From IMG/VR virus record IMGVR_UViG_3300013307_000673: a stretch of DNA of 64,000 nucleotides. One strand, written 5' to 3'. The DNA is from a virus. Lineage: Duplodnaviria > Heunggongvirae > Uroviricota > Caudoviricetes. The translations under genes were made by a program, and so were the position numbers. Below the pieces are notes generated by a model. It saw nothing but the letters and a program-made list of their open reading frames with translations. It was not told the DNA's origin and ran no database searches. Of this stretch, positions 46,399-56,489 are shown piece by piece; position 1 is the stretch's first letter; every line of letters starts with the position of its first letter.

Positions 46399-46728
46399 TT
46401 AACCAACCATTTTATGACCACCGTCTTCACGCCAGTCCGCATTATGATCATGCAGATAATCAAATGGGTTATGACCAGAAGAAACTACACCAATCTCTTT
46501 CAGCACAGCAATCTTCGCGGCATCATCAGTTTTTACAGCAAAGGACATTTCATTAAAATCGCAATACACTTCTGAGTGCTTGCCCAGCACCTCACCAAAA
46601 TAAACCTGTGGATTCAACTTTTGGGCCAACTCAAAGTCATCCTTATCAACTAAAAACAAACCTTTAAGATCGCCCATACGACCATAATCCAGACTCATTT
46701 CTACCAGCAGTTCTTTTGCTTCGCTCAT
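46399..46728 (-). CDS. conserved phage hypothetical protein
   Basis: GRMG.L.GLF...VYFGEVLGKHSEV motif; AGGAG RBS. Confidence 0.8.
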   Translation of the reverse strand: MSEAKELLVEMSLDYGRMGDLKGLFLVDKDDFELAQKLNPQVYFGEVLGKHSEVYCDFNEMSFAVKTDDAAKIAVLKEIGVVSSGHNPFDYLHDHNADWREDGGHKMVG

Positions 46729-46946
46729 TGCTAATCTCCTTTGTTGAATAGGTAATCATTATACCAAATACGCCTATGCCCAACAACTAAAAATAAAGCA
46801 TAAATGACTGTAATGGAGATAATAGGCAACTTTTAATCTGTATAATGACTTCATTGTTAACAATAAAGCATTAAATATCGTTATTGTCGCGTTTAAAGAA
46901 CATTTTTTCTGGACTCATAAAAAAAGCCTCATCAGAGGCTTTTTCT

Positions 46947-47645
46947 TTATTCAGCTTTTCTTTTCTTAAAACTCTGGTTGTCGAACCCTTTGCTATTTCG
47001 TTTATCCACATCAGAGATCTCAATGATTTCTTTTTCGGCCTGACCCAAGACACCACCCATATACATCTCAATCTCCTGATAGACCGTCGCTGCATCCATT
47101 TTAAAAGATTTCGTTATAGCTTTTAGCTCTGGATATACAATCACCTTATTCCCTTCCAGAATGAAATAAGGTGCGCCCACTTTCCTGAAGATATCTGCAG
47201 AGACCTCATAATCTTCCAGACGCTCAAGCTTTTCCTTGATCTTTTCAATGTGGTTTTTAGGCTGACCAAAAGAACGATTAATCTTCATTCCTTCCCGTTC
47301 ACAGGCTTTTAATAGTTCGTCAAAACTATTAAAATAAACCTGATCTGAGCGATTATCTATTTGAGTCAGCTTGCCATTAACCTTTTGCCAATGACTTTTG
47401 GAACAAAAAATACTAAATAATGGATAAACCTTTCCACAAAAATACAAATAATCAATTGCAGCAACACGTGATAAGGGATTGGTGTTACCGACATAAGATG
47501 TGGCGATTCTATCAATACGATTAGGCAGAGATACGTTAATATCCCCCAAATAAACCTGCTCTGTTTTACGCTTCAGCAAAATACTGTCGTCAAAGTAAAT
47601 CATAGCAGAATCATAATAATCATGAAACGGTGAAATGATCTTCAT
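46947..47645 (-). CDS. conserved phage hypothetical protein
   Basis: MKIIS.FHDYYD...YQEIEMY.GG...D.....GFD..SFK. Confidence 0.8.
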   Translation of the reverse strand: MKIISPFHDYYDSAMIYFDDSILLKRKTEQVYLGDINVSLPNRIDRIATSYVGNTNPLSRVAAIDYLYFCGKVYPLFSIFCSKSHWQKVNGKLTQIDNRSDQVYFNSFDELLKACEREGMKINRSFGQPKNHIEKIKEKLERLEDYEVSADIFRKVGAPYFILEGNKVIVYPELKAITKSFKMDAATVYQEIEMYMGGVLGQAEKEIIEISDVDKRNSKGFDNQSFKKRKAE

Positions 47646-47653
47646 ATTCCCTC

Positions 47654-47854
47654 TTAAACCTCAACAAAATCTTTAATTTGTTTCTCGCCTGCCTGACGAG
47701 CCTTCTTACGGCGTGCCTTATCCATAATAGCACGACAGTTTTTCTTAGCACCACACTTTGTTGTGCAGCATCCATATTTACATTCGATCTTATCAAAACG
47801 TGAATGACCATATGCTTTCATTAGCTTTCCTTTTGCTTTTGGTATTTTTCCCAC
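47654..47854 (-). CDS. small basic Cys-rich protein
   Basis: CKYGCC...KKARQ. Confidence 0.65.
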   Translation of the reverse strand: MGKIPKAKGKLMKAYGHSRFDKIECKYGCCTTKCGAKKNCRAIMDKARRKKARQAGEKQIKDFVEV

Positions 47855-48462
47855 TCCGTCTTAATCACCGAGTAAGGCACATAAACAGAAACAGTATACT
47901 TCTCTCCACCCTTGCCCGTCAAGATGGTTTTTCCAATCAACATTCCCACTACTTTACCATCATCACCAAAGACAGGCCCACCCGACTGACCATGAACAAT
48001 CTGTGCAGTAGACGCAAATACAATCGCGTTTTCTTGCCCAGTCTTTTCTGGACGGCTTTCAACTTTCCCCGCAGCAACATAAAAATAACGATTAATGTCC
48101 TGCCCCTTAGATACGACCGTCTTACCGCCGACACTGTTTCCGATAATCGTTACATTTTCAGCCGCAACACTTTCTCTCCACTCCGGCACGACGCCATTCC
48201 CCACAATCTCACGCTTTACAAACTGTAGATCGCAGTTTTCTGAGCATTTGTAAACGCTATCCTGAGCAAAGCTCACATGCTTCGCCGTAACCACATAATC
48301 TTTATTCCAGCGAACACCACTGCCGTAGTCATGCTCAGTTAAAACCCTGTTGCCTTCTTCATAGGTCTGAATAGCTTCAAACTTAACATAGCTGTCTTCA
48401 GCCGAAGCTACACACGATACCAACAGCATCAGTCCAATAATATACTTAAACATTGTGCTCAC
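47821..48462 (-). CDS. secreted trypsin-like serine protease
   Basis: Signal peptide; VVTAKHV and GQSGGPVF catalytic motifs. Confidence 0.9.
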   Translation of the reverse strand: MSTMFKYIIGLMLLVSCVASAEDSYVKFEAIQTYEEGNRVLTEHDYGSGVRWNKDYVVTAKHVSFAQDSVYKCSENCDLQFVKREIVGNGVVPEWRESVAAENVTIIGNSVGGKTVVSKGQDINRYFYVAAGKVESRPEKTGQENAIVFASTAQIVHGQSGGPVFGDDGKVVGMLIGKTILTGKGGEKYTVSVYVPYSVIKTEWEKYQKQKES

Positions 48463-48546
48463 TTATCCTGATTGTATTTGATCACAACCAGTATAGCAGT
48501 TGTCATTATCATTAGCAAAGAATATATAAAATGACCTTAAAGCATA

Positions 48547-49056
48547 TCAGGCAGCTTCGGATTGCGCCTGACGCTCTTTCTTACGTTTAGCAAGACAAAG
48601 CAAATACTCTTCTTTGGCTTTCTCACCATTACACTCCAGACACATCGTTGTCGTGTTGGTCGCATCATCATCACCACCTAATGCACGAGCCAGTGTATGA
48701 TCATGAGTAAACATGCGCTCCTCACCTTCTTCATCAACACCCCACAGATTCAGGTGATAACTTCCCGGCTTTGGATTCTTTTTAGTAATAGGATTACGCT
48801 CAAAAGCAAAATAAGACGCTTTCAGGCCACAACAGGAACATACAACGCCTTGATTAAAGAATGTCAGCAGACGAAGGGAAGTCAGGTGAACTTCTTCGCC
48901 TTTAAATAGCGTTCGATACCCCTTAAAGCCACGCAGTAGCGCCTGATGCATGTTCTTTGATTTCAAAACATCAATAGCATTACCAATCGCCTCCAGCGTT
49001 TCCTCAACTGAAGCTGTCCGCAGGCGATCATATTGTTGCTTTTTCTTCGTCATCAT
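48547..49056 (-). CDS. HNH endonuclease-family protein
   Basis: CSCCG...THDHTL...GG.D...N...MCLECN. Confidence 0.8.
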   Translation of the reverse strand: MMTKKKQQYDRLRTASVEETLEAIGNAIDVLKSKNMHQALLRGFKGYRTLFKGEEVHLTSLRLLTFFNQGVVCSCCGLKASYFAFERNPITKKNPKPGSYHLNLWGVDEEGEERMFTHDHTLARALGGDDDATNTTTMCLECNGEKAKEEYLLCLAKRKKERQAQSEAA

Positions 49057-49157
49057 CTTATCTCTTATTCAGTGGTTAGTTGACTCAGTATAACGTAAAC
49101 ACCTATGCTTGCAAAGCAAAAAAGCCTCCTGAGAGGCTCTTTCTTTATGCTTTCAAC

Positions 49158-49358
49158 TTACACCAGAGTTAACTCATCCTCAAAAGCATGTTCTTCCCGA
49201 CCTTCAACCGAAATGACATACATTGGCCCGGTGTCTTCTCGATCATAGAGGTCTCGCTCAAGCTCTCTCGCAATCACGGCGCTAACCACTGCGCCTTTAC
49301 GATCAGAATCAGTTGAGGCAAACAACACACGATCACCTGCTTTAAAAATATTTTCCAT
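49158..49358 (-). CDS. small SH3-like hypothetical protein
   Basis: FKAGDRV...AFEDEL. Confidence 0.65.
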   Translation of the reverse strand: MENIFKAGDRVLFASTDSDRKGAVVSAVIARELERDLYDREDTGPMYVISVEGREEHAFEDELTLV

Positions 49359-49359
49359 T

Positions 49360-49953
49360 TTATTTTCCTTCTTCGACTAAAACAACATCATCCGGGAAAC
49401 TCTCATTATTCATATAAACCTGAACCGTTTCCGCCCTGTGATTTTGAATATTAACCAAAGCCAATGCTTTGTGAGCATTACGCAACCTGACTTTCAGCAC
49501 AATGCCTCGACCTTCCATAGGCTCGCCTTTGATGGTCGTTTTATAACTCACCAAATCACCCTCTTTTGGTAAAACCTTATACGCTTCCTGCTCATGATAC
49601 ATATTTTGATACATCACATGACGTTTAGCGCCCGTCATTCCTATCATTTTAATCTTTTCATCCACACGTGGATTACATCCTTTCAACAGTAATGTATCAC
49701 GTGGATACGCACTGCTAACGAAATTAACAGGATAAAACTCACCGTCATCCGCCTCTACTACAAAAAGATAATGATTTTTTTGAGCATCAACTTCACTCAC
49801 TTCTTTAACAATGCCATTACCGTATACCAGCTCGCCATTTTTTTCTGTAGTAAAAGCAACAGCCTCACCAACGCGAGGGAAAGACTCAGCCATTTCTTTT
49901 TTGGTAATCACCATTGTCTTTACTTCGCCCACTTCTGCCTTATCCATTATCAA
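49360..49953 (-). CDS. hypothetical protein
   Basis: 197 aa with two KOW/SH3-like P..G..V segments. Confidence 0.75.
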   Translation of the reverse strand: MIMDKAEVGEVKTMVITKKEMAESFPRVGEAVAFTTEKNGELVYGNGIVKEVSEVDAQKNHYLFVVEADDGEFYPVNFVSSAYPRDTLLLKGCNPRVDEKIKMIGMTGAKRHVMYQNMYHEQEAYKVLPKEGDLVSYKTTIKGEPMEGRGIVLKVRLRNAHKALALVNIQNHRAETVQVYMNNESFPDDVVLVEEGK

Positions 49954-50872
49954 CTCCCGTAATTTTTATAATATTTGTGTCAGCATTATACTCAGCCACA
50001 ATGGTTTTGAACGGCATATCAATAACTAACTGCGCATCATCCGCCTTAGCCTGACCATTGAAAACACAGACGGTCCACGCATCCGTTATGATCTTACCTA
50101 TTTTCTCATATCCTGATGTGGTCATTTTTTCATAAGCCTCATCATAGCTTATTTCATCTTCATTTTCAAACGGATTAAAGATCAAGACTTCATTGTCTTT
50201 ACGCCACACTTCAGGCGAGCTATTTCCCACCAGAAAATGACCCACATTGCGTTTAGCCCAGCGCTTCATTTCATGAAGATCACCAAGACGTGTGCCAAGC
50301 TGAGGCGCGTCAAAATCATGCGGAACATTTACACTATGAACAATATTTGCCAGACCAAGCTTTCCGTTGATTTTCAGCTTTGTCTTAAAAACAGGAGCAA
50401 TTTCTACGCATTTATGCGTATCTCTGAAAACAACAATCTCTTTTTTCTCAATGTCTAAAGCATGAAGATAACGGCTTGAGCAATCCCAGCAAAACGCTTT
50501 TGTATTAGAGCACACAAGTTGGTCATCACATAGAAAATCAAAAATATCGTTTTCCTCTTTTGTGATGAGGCATTTAAAGTTAATCAGAACAAGCAAGTTA
50601 AGAATACGACTATCCAGAAAACCAGAATCAATTAACTTTTTCTTTACAGCATCATCATAAGTCAAAAACTTACCTTGAAACAAAATCGGACCAGAAAGCA
50701 CAGGACTTACTTTATTCCAGAGTGATTGAGCAATCTTATCAAAATGAGCATCAATATCAGGACAGGCTTTAGATACTGCCTCTTTGATGTTTTGCTCAGT
50801 AGCAAACCGCCGGAGGTCATGCTCGTCAATCAGACTGCTAAGCTGGCTAATCATGTTTTCGTAAAGCGTCAT
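49940..50872 (-). CDS. hypothetical protein
   Basis: 310-aa ORF. Confidence 0.8.
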   Translation of the reverse strand: MTLYENMISQLSSLIDEHDLRRFATEQNIKEAVSKACPDIDAHFDKIAQSLWNKVSPVLSGPILFQGKFLTYDDAVKKKLIDSGFLDSRILNLLVLINFKCLITKEENDIFDFLCDDQLVCSNTKAFCWDCSSRYLHALDIEKKEIVVFRDTHKCVEIAPVFKTKLKINGKLGLANIVHSVNVPHDFDAPQLGTRLGDLHEMKRWAKRNVGHFLVGNSSPEVWRKDNEVLIFNPFENEDEISYDEAYEKMTTSGYEKIGKIITDAWTVCVFNGQAKADDAQLVIDMPFKTIVAEYNADTNIIKITGVDNG

Positions 50873-50881
50873 TTTTATTCC

Positions 50882-51148
50882 TTATAGATAGGTACATGAA
50901 GTTAAGGCACCTTCTTCTGTCTTTCGACAAACCTTGAAGAACTGCGCATCCCCATAACCTTTTTTAGAATAAGATACGACGTAGTTCCCACAGTCGTAAA
51001 ACTCCGCCATTTCATTTTTAATCTGAACGGGGCATTTCTCCGCAGGCACCATATTTTTAACAATCTCATAAGCGGTCTGCTTTACCTCATCCGCAAAAGA
51101 ACAGGTGGTAAACATCAGAATAGCCAGCCCTGCAATATATTTTTTCAT
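50882..51148 (-). CDS. small secreted protein
   Basis: Signal peptide, paired Cys. Confidence 0.75.
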   Translation of the reverse strand: MKKYIAGLAILMFTTCSFADEVKQTAYEIVKNMVPAEKCPVQIKNEMAEFYDCGNYVVSYSKKGYGDAQFFKVCRKTEEGALTSCTYL

Positions 51149-51197
51149 AGTATCCTCAAAAGAAAAATCCCACTGAAGGCTTTCCAGTGGGGGACGT

Positions 51198-51461
51198 TTA
51201 TAATGAAGCTAAAGAGCACTCGCTAAAATGATACATGATTTCCTCACCATTATCATTTTCTACGATCAAATGAATATCATCTAAGCCTAAGCGTTTCTCG
51301 TTGAAGCCATCACAGAGCATTTCAAAGTGTGCATATTTATCATCGCTCAGATCAACATGCGCTTTTAAAAGCTCAGGATTCATTTCAGCCATCAAGCCCA
51401 CAACATGAGGATATTCACCATCATAATACGTTTTTACAGAAAAAATAGTTTGCTTTTTCAT
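51198..51461 (-). CDS. hypothetical protein
   Basis: 87 aa. Confidence 0.7.
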   Translation of the reverse strand: MKKQTIFSVKTYYDGEYPHVVGLMAEMNPELLKAHVDLSDDKYAHFEMLCDGFNEKRLGLDDIHLIVENDNGEEIMYHFSECSLASL

Positions 51462-51464
51462 ATT

Positions 51465-51752
51465 TTACCCCTTTCTCACCATAGGCAGCTCACGCACGTT
51501 GCATGAGCTATTACTGATAAAGCGATGTGTATCATCCATTTGGACGATAACGACCACATTGCTCTCTTTAAACTCTACCATTTTGGCAAACTGATCAACG
51601 AAGCGATTTCCACCTATGCTATCGCAAACAATGAAAAACCGTGCGCCATTCAGATAGTTTTCAGTAACTCTATCTGAAATATTATCATCCGCAAAAACAT
51701 TTAGACTGAACATGCTCAGCAAACATACGACAATCAGGCTTAATTTTTTCAT
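51465..51752 (-). CDS. small secreted protein
   Basis: Signal peptide ending VFA. Confidence 0.75.
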   Translation of the reverse strand: MKKLSLIVVCLLSMFSLNVFADDNISDRVTENYLNGARFFIVCDSIGGNRFVDQFAKMVEFKESNVVVIVQMDDTHRFISNSSCNVRELPMVRKG

Positions 51753-51761
51753 GATTTCCTC

Positions 51762-52010
51762 TTAAAACTCAATCGTTAATAACGTATCTTTAACAGACGC
51801 TTTGTAGCCAGCATCACCTTTATGAAGAGAAAGATCTTTGATAACTTTTGATGTCTCAATCGCACACATCTGGCTCGCACAGCCCGATGCCGGATAAATA
51901 GTTAAACTAACACCGATGCTGCCACCCACACCTTGTGAGTTAGCAGGCAGTGAAGCAAAACCTAATACGAGAGCTATCAGCAATCCTGAAGTTTTCATCT
52001 TTTTTCTCAT
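51762..52010 (-). CDS. small secreted beta-protein (paralog of 54191..54412)
   Basis: Signal peptide; GG...SLTI...C...LLTIEF. Confidence 0.7.
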   Translation of the reverse strand: MRKKMKTSGLLIALVLGFASLPANSQGVGGSIGVSLTIYPASGCASQMCAIETSKVIKDLSLHKGDAGYKASVKDTLLTIEF

Positions 52011-52143
52011 GTTTGCATTAAGGCGTCATTATAACATCAATACTCATCATGCACAAGCTTTTTCTTCATGCCCTTGTATTGATATTCTTTGCTTTTATGC
52101 CTATTATTTGTCGAACACTTACATTACTTTATAAGAGACAGCT

Positions 52144-52875
52144 ATGATATTAAACAAAAACATACACGGAACCATTTTAGCAAAAACAGTCATTAACAAC
52201 GAAATCCAATACAAAATAGAAAGTGGTAAATACCTCTACACCGTTTACTGCCCTGATGAGGCTGAGTTTGACCTGCCCGTAAACTCTGAGATTTTTGCCA
52301 GCTATAAAAGAGATAAGCTGCTTTGGGGTAAGAAGAAAGCATTTATGGTATCAGACGATCCCGGAGAGGCATGGATACGCACCAGAAAACTTGATATTAA
52401 ATATCTTTTTATTGATTCCTTTACCATATTTGGATTTAGCATGGCGTTTTTTAAATTTTTGCCTATCAGCGATAATATTACAAACGCTCATCAGCTTTTG
52501 ACGCAATACAACCTATTCCTTCTGCTTATTATAAGTATGATAGCTACAATATTTTTTATTTTAAAAAGCGGAAACAATTTCACTCTTTTTGTCAATATGT
52601 ATCAAAAAAGGGAGCGAAAAAACGGAAGACATAAAAAATATCGTAAATATGTAAAAGAAAACTTTAATACTTCAGCGAAGTTTTTGAACAAAAAACTTAA
52701 AGAAGAAGATAAGCAAAACCTGATTTCTTTCGTTAACAATCAACAAGATTATTCAGAAGGAGAAACGATTTTAATCGAAGACATCATCGATAAAGAGATT
52801 ATAAAAATCCAGGATATTCCCATGATTGATGTTAAAAAGATCTCTAAGCTTGCTGAGCTTAAATATGCTAAGTAA
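52144..52875 (+). CDS. membrane protein (2 TM)
   Basis: Two hydrophobic segments in the middle. Confidence 0.75.
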   Translation: MILNKNIHGTILAKTVINNEIQYKIESGKYLYTVYCPDEAEFDLPVNSEIFASYKRDKLLWGKKKAFMVSDDPGEAWIRTRKLDIKYLFIDSFTIFGFSMAFFKFLPISDNITNAHQLLTQYNLFLLLIISMIATIFFILKSGNNFTLFVNMYQKRERKNGRHKKYRKYVKENFNTSAKFLNKKLKEEDKQNLISFVNNQQDYSEGETILIEDIIDKEIIKIQDIPMIDVKKISKLAELKYAK

Positions 52876-52911
52876 TATTAAAAAAGAAGGCCTCATCCGA
52901 GGCCTTTATTA

Positions 52912-53157
52912 TTAACGATTATATACTTCTACTTTCTTTTTAAAAAAACACTTAAACTCTTCTAATACCGATCTATAACCTTCAAGCACAACGTATCCTT
53001 TCTCTCTTATGAAAAACTTATGCACTTCTATTCCTTTAACATCAAGACCTAAATCCTTAGCCATATATTTAATCTCGCCACTCACATTAGCCCATCGCGG
53101 AGCATCATAGTGAAAGCTCATCGTTCCATAGCGATCTTCTTTGTAGTTCTCCAACAT
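52912..53157 (-). CDS. hypothetical protein
   Basis: 81 aa, GAGGT RBS. Confidence 0.7.
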   Translation of the reverse strand: MLENYKEDRYGTMSFHYDAPRWANVSGEIKYMAKDLGLDVKGIEVHKFFIREKGYVVLEGYRSVLEEFKCFFKKKVEVYNR

Positions 53158-53280
53158 TTTATACCTCTGCTAAGATTTTGTTAAATCATACCATTAAAGG
53201 AATCTCTACAGCAATAAATTTATATGATTTTACTATCTCTCTTATGTTAAGATCGTATTATATCATAAAGAGGATAAAAT

Positions 53281-54165
53281 ATGTATCAAGATTACTCCAG
53301 AGAAGCACTTATTCAACTTGTTGAGCATCAACAAAGATTACTTGAACATCGCTCAGAGCCTTTCTTTACTTGCCCGCCAACTATTCTTTGCCCAAAAGAT
53401 ATAAGCAAAGCAGATTGCTTCCTTGATATGTTTTCTAAAACACTGAAAGCCGCCAAAGATTTTGAAAAGGAAATCGATATAAGCGCGTGGCTCAGTAAAA
53501 AAGATTATTACAATATCAGTGATGCTGATTTATTTTACCACTTGTCCTTTGCTGACTATCCTGCTTTTGATAAAGCCGCTAACGACATTCTTTCACCTTA
53601 TATCAATAAGGCTAATACTGATAATGATAATGAATCTTATGCCAATATTCTTAATTTTTTTGATACCTGCTTAGTTCAAAACTTTATTGGTGAATCCGTG
53701 ATCACCTTATTACTCGCCAATATTAAAAAACTTAAAAATGGTAAAGAGCGAGCCTTCTTTGAGAAGCATCTCAGGGATAGCATCATCAGATCACAGGAAC
53801 ATCATATATTTGTTAAAGTTAATCAAAACAATCACGACATATTGAACCTGAAACAGCATCCAGAATCTTTGACGTTTTTCAACTTTACCCGAAATATTAT
53901 TAATGGCTTTATTGAAGACTTTAGAAGCTCAAGCATACGTAATCGTAATGAAATCATGGATGCTGTCGTTAAAACGGGTGTTTTTGATAATGATATTCTT
54001 GAGGCTTATCATCATAAAAATACATTAATGGAAGGCCGCGCAATTAGAACATTTAAAGAACGCATTTTTCTCAGAAATAGTGAAGAAAATGAAAATACCG
54101 TATGTTTTGATAATGCTCTAATTCAAAGACTAGAACTTATTACTCGCGATACACGCCCACAATAA
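53281..54165 (+). CDS. hypothetical protein
   Basis: 294 aa, GAGGA RBS. Confidence 0.8.
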   Translation: MYQDYSREALIQLVEHQQRLLEHRSEPFFTCPPTILCPKDISKADCFLDMFSKTLKAAKDFEKEIDISAWLSKKDYYNISDADLFYHLSFADYPAFDKAANDILSPYINKANTDNDNESYANILNFFDTCLVQNFIGESVITLLLANIKKLKNGKERAFFEKHLRDSIIRSQEHHIFVKVNQNNHDILNLKQHPESLTFFNFTRNIINGFIEDFRSSSIRNRNEIMDAVVKTGVFDNDILEAYHHKNTLMEGRAIRTFKERIFLRNSEENENTVCFDNALIQRLELITRDTRPQ

Positions 54166-54190
54166 AAAAGGCCCATCAGGGCCTTTTCTT

Positions 54191-54412
54191 TTAAAACTCA
54201 ACCGTCAGTAATGAGCCTTGCTTTTCAACCTTAAATGGCTGCGTAGAATCGCATACAACGCGTTTTCTGACATCAGCTATATCAGAATCTATTTTAACCT
54301 CACAGGCGCTCCTGTTCTCAATAGTGAGCTTTGCCGTAAAACCTCCTGACACACTCGCCGCATGAGACGATACACTCAGACACATCATTATGGCAAACAG
54401 TATTCTTTTCAT
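54191..54412 (-). CDS. small secreted beta-protein
   Basis: Signal peptide; GGF...LTI...C...LLTVEF. Confidence 0.7.
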   Translation of the reverse strand: MKRILFAIMMCLSVSSHAASVSGGFTAKLTIENRSACEVKIDSDIADVRKRVVCDSTQPFKVEKQGSLLTVEF

Positions 54413-54436
54413 TACAAACCTCTTAGATCAATGTTT

Positions 54437-55198
54437 TTAGAAAACCGTTGCTGATTTGAACTTGAGTTCATTTTTCAGAATATCAGCAATCGCGTGATTA
54501 TCGTAGTTTTCCGCCTCATCACCTTCTTTGATGTCAAACAGGATATCCGTAATCTTCATCAGAAATGCGCGAGTCTGCTCTGGACTCTGGCACAACACAT
54601 CCAAACCCTGAATGCCTTCCAACACCTCTTCCGTTTCAGCCAGAGCATTATCCAGATTTTTATTGACATGCTCAGAAATCAACTTAAAAATCTCTTTTGT
54701 TGCTTTCGCTGACAACGTGATGACTATATCATCATTGACATAGCTGATAGCGTTGCTGTTTGGATTAAAGAACCATGAAGTAGAACTTGTCTTCTCAAGA
54801 CATTCCTTCATCACTTTAAGAGCATCATGGAAAAACACATCCACAAGAGACTCCGCATATTTCACATGCTCTTCTTTCATCTCTTTTTTATCGAAAGCAG
54901 CATCGACACCATACTGACTATCAATCGAAAACTCGCAACCCGCAAAACTTTTAAGCATTTTAATGGCTTTAAAATAAATCAGAACATTTTTTCTTTTCTG
55001 CAGCAGATCCAGCCATTTCTTAAAATCAATATCAATGCCGCAATCTTTATCCAGGCTGTAGGTGTAAAGCAGGTTTTGAAAGCTAAACTTTAATGAATCG
55101 ACTACGGAGGCTACTTCGCTCACCTCAATAACGCCATCCAGAACCTGAGACGATACCTGATTTTTACTACCTACGAAGAAGCCTGCATTGATTTTCAT
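54437..55198 (-). CDS. hypothetical protein, paralog 1
   Basis: MKINAGFFVG...G.I.V...; similar to next ORF. Confidence 0.8.
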   Translation of the reverse strand: MKINAGFFVGSKNQVSSQVLDGVIEVSEVASVVDSLKFSFQNLLYTYSLDKDCGIDIDFKKWLDLLQKRKNVLIYFKAIKMLKSFAGCEFSIDSQYGVDAAFDKKEMKEEHVKYAESLVDVFFHDALKVMKECLEKTSSTSWFFNPNSNAISYVNDDIVITLSAKATKEIFKLISEHVNKNLDNALAETEEVLEGIQGLDVLCQSPEQTRAFLMKITDILFDIKEGDEAENYDNHAIADILKNELKFKSATVF

Positions 55199-55271
55199 TT
55201 TTGTTCCTCTTTAAGATTATTGAGTCAGTATAGCAGACATGCCGAGCATGCACAACACGCCTGCCATGTTT

Positions 55272-56015
55272 TTAGATACATTTCACATTGTACATACCTA
55301 AGACTTTTCTCAGCAGCTCGCCAACCTTATGCTCATCATAATACTTACCTGAAGCTGGCTCATAAACCTCATCAAGAATCGCCTTAATATCGTCTTTATG
55401 ATCGCTGATACGCATAATACTTAACAGAGGCGAATAACGAGCAAAGCGCTTATTTACAAATTTCTCTGTCTCATCAATGTGCTCTTTTAAATGCTCGCAA
55501 ATAAGACTGAAAATCTTAACCTTAGTTGCAACACCAAGACCTACTTTAACACCGAATGATTGCGCAACCAGAGAATCATGATCAATAGTCCAGCCTCTAA
55601 AGAGTTTTGATACGTCTTTACCCTCGGCCTTTTCTTCTGCTTCAACCACACCCAAAGGCATCATCATAGCAACAGCCATGCCCTTGTCTTTCCCGCCTTC
55701 TTTCTCCTTAGAAAATGAAATGTGAAGATTGCCTGCTTCATCAAAATAAACATCATCTTTAGCAAATTTATTCAACTCTTTTAACGCTGCTACAGCAACA
55801 TCCCCCTTCTTATCATTAGCAATGATTTTTTCCCAACGGTCGAAATCAATCGGGAGCAAAGCAGGCTCAATAGCATGAAGCGCTTTCAGATCAGCAAGAG
55901 TAAAAGACAACTCCTCCAGGAATGGCGTAATATTAGATAAGGTTATCTCACCTTTAATGATATGGATTGACTCTTTCTCACCCGTTCCTAAATAAAAACT
56001 TTTATTAATTTGCAT
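55272..56015 (-). CDS. hypothetical protein, paralog 2
   Basis: MQINKSFYLG...GEI.L. Confidence 0.8.
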   Translation of the reverse strand: MQINKSFYLGTGEKESIHIIKGEITLSNITPFLEELSFTLADLKALHAIEPALLPIDFDRWEKIIANDKKGDVAVAALKELNKFAKDDVYFDEAGNLHISFSKEKEGGKDKGMAVAMMMPLGVVEAEEKAEGKDVSKLFRGWTIDHDSLVAQSFGVKVGLGVATKVKIFSLICEHLKEHIDETEKFVNKRFARYSPLLSIMRISDHKDDIKAILDEVYEPASGKYYDEHKVGELLRKVLGMYNVKCI

Positions 56016-56109
56016 TTTTTATCTCTCATTTGTTTATATTATCAGCAATGATATCACAATATTGCTTTATGCACAACATTTTTTGATTCAAGCCCCTCGG
56101 CATTATATC

Positions 56110-56463
56110 ATGACATCAACTTACTACTACGGCCTACGTATGATGAACATTCCTGATGGCTCTCTTCTTCCTTATTTCTTTGAAGATGATTCCCTGAAGC
56201 TGATCGTTCCTACGCTTTTAGATATACCTGATTCACCTGAAGATTGAGCTTACTTATGTTGTTGAAAGAGACGGCCTCAAGCGATTTTTATGTGGCGAAG
56301 TGGGCGATTTTGATGTCTTTGTTGAAAAACATGGAGAAAACAATATTTATTTTTATGACCTGGAATGCGTAGAAAAGAACCTACATGGAAGAGATTACCT
56401 TATTCGAAACGCTTAAATCGGACAAGAGCAGCTTGAGCGCTTTAAAGCATTACTTAATCAATG
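56110..56463 (+). pseudogene. disrupted hypothetical gene (frameshift plus in-frame TAA)
   Basis: MTSTYYY..SPED* continues in +1 frame as KIELTYVVERDG..LIRNA*IGQEQLERFKALLNQ* up to the terminator. Confidence 0.4.
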
Positions 56464-56489
56464 AAAAAAGCCCCCGCAGGGGCTTTTTA

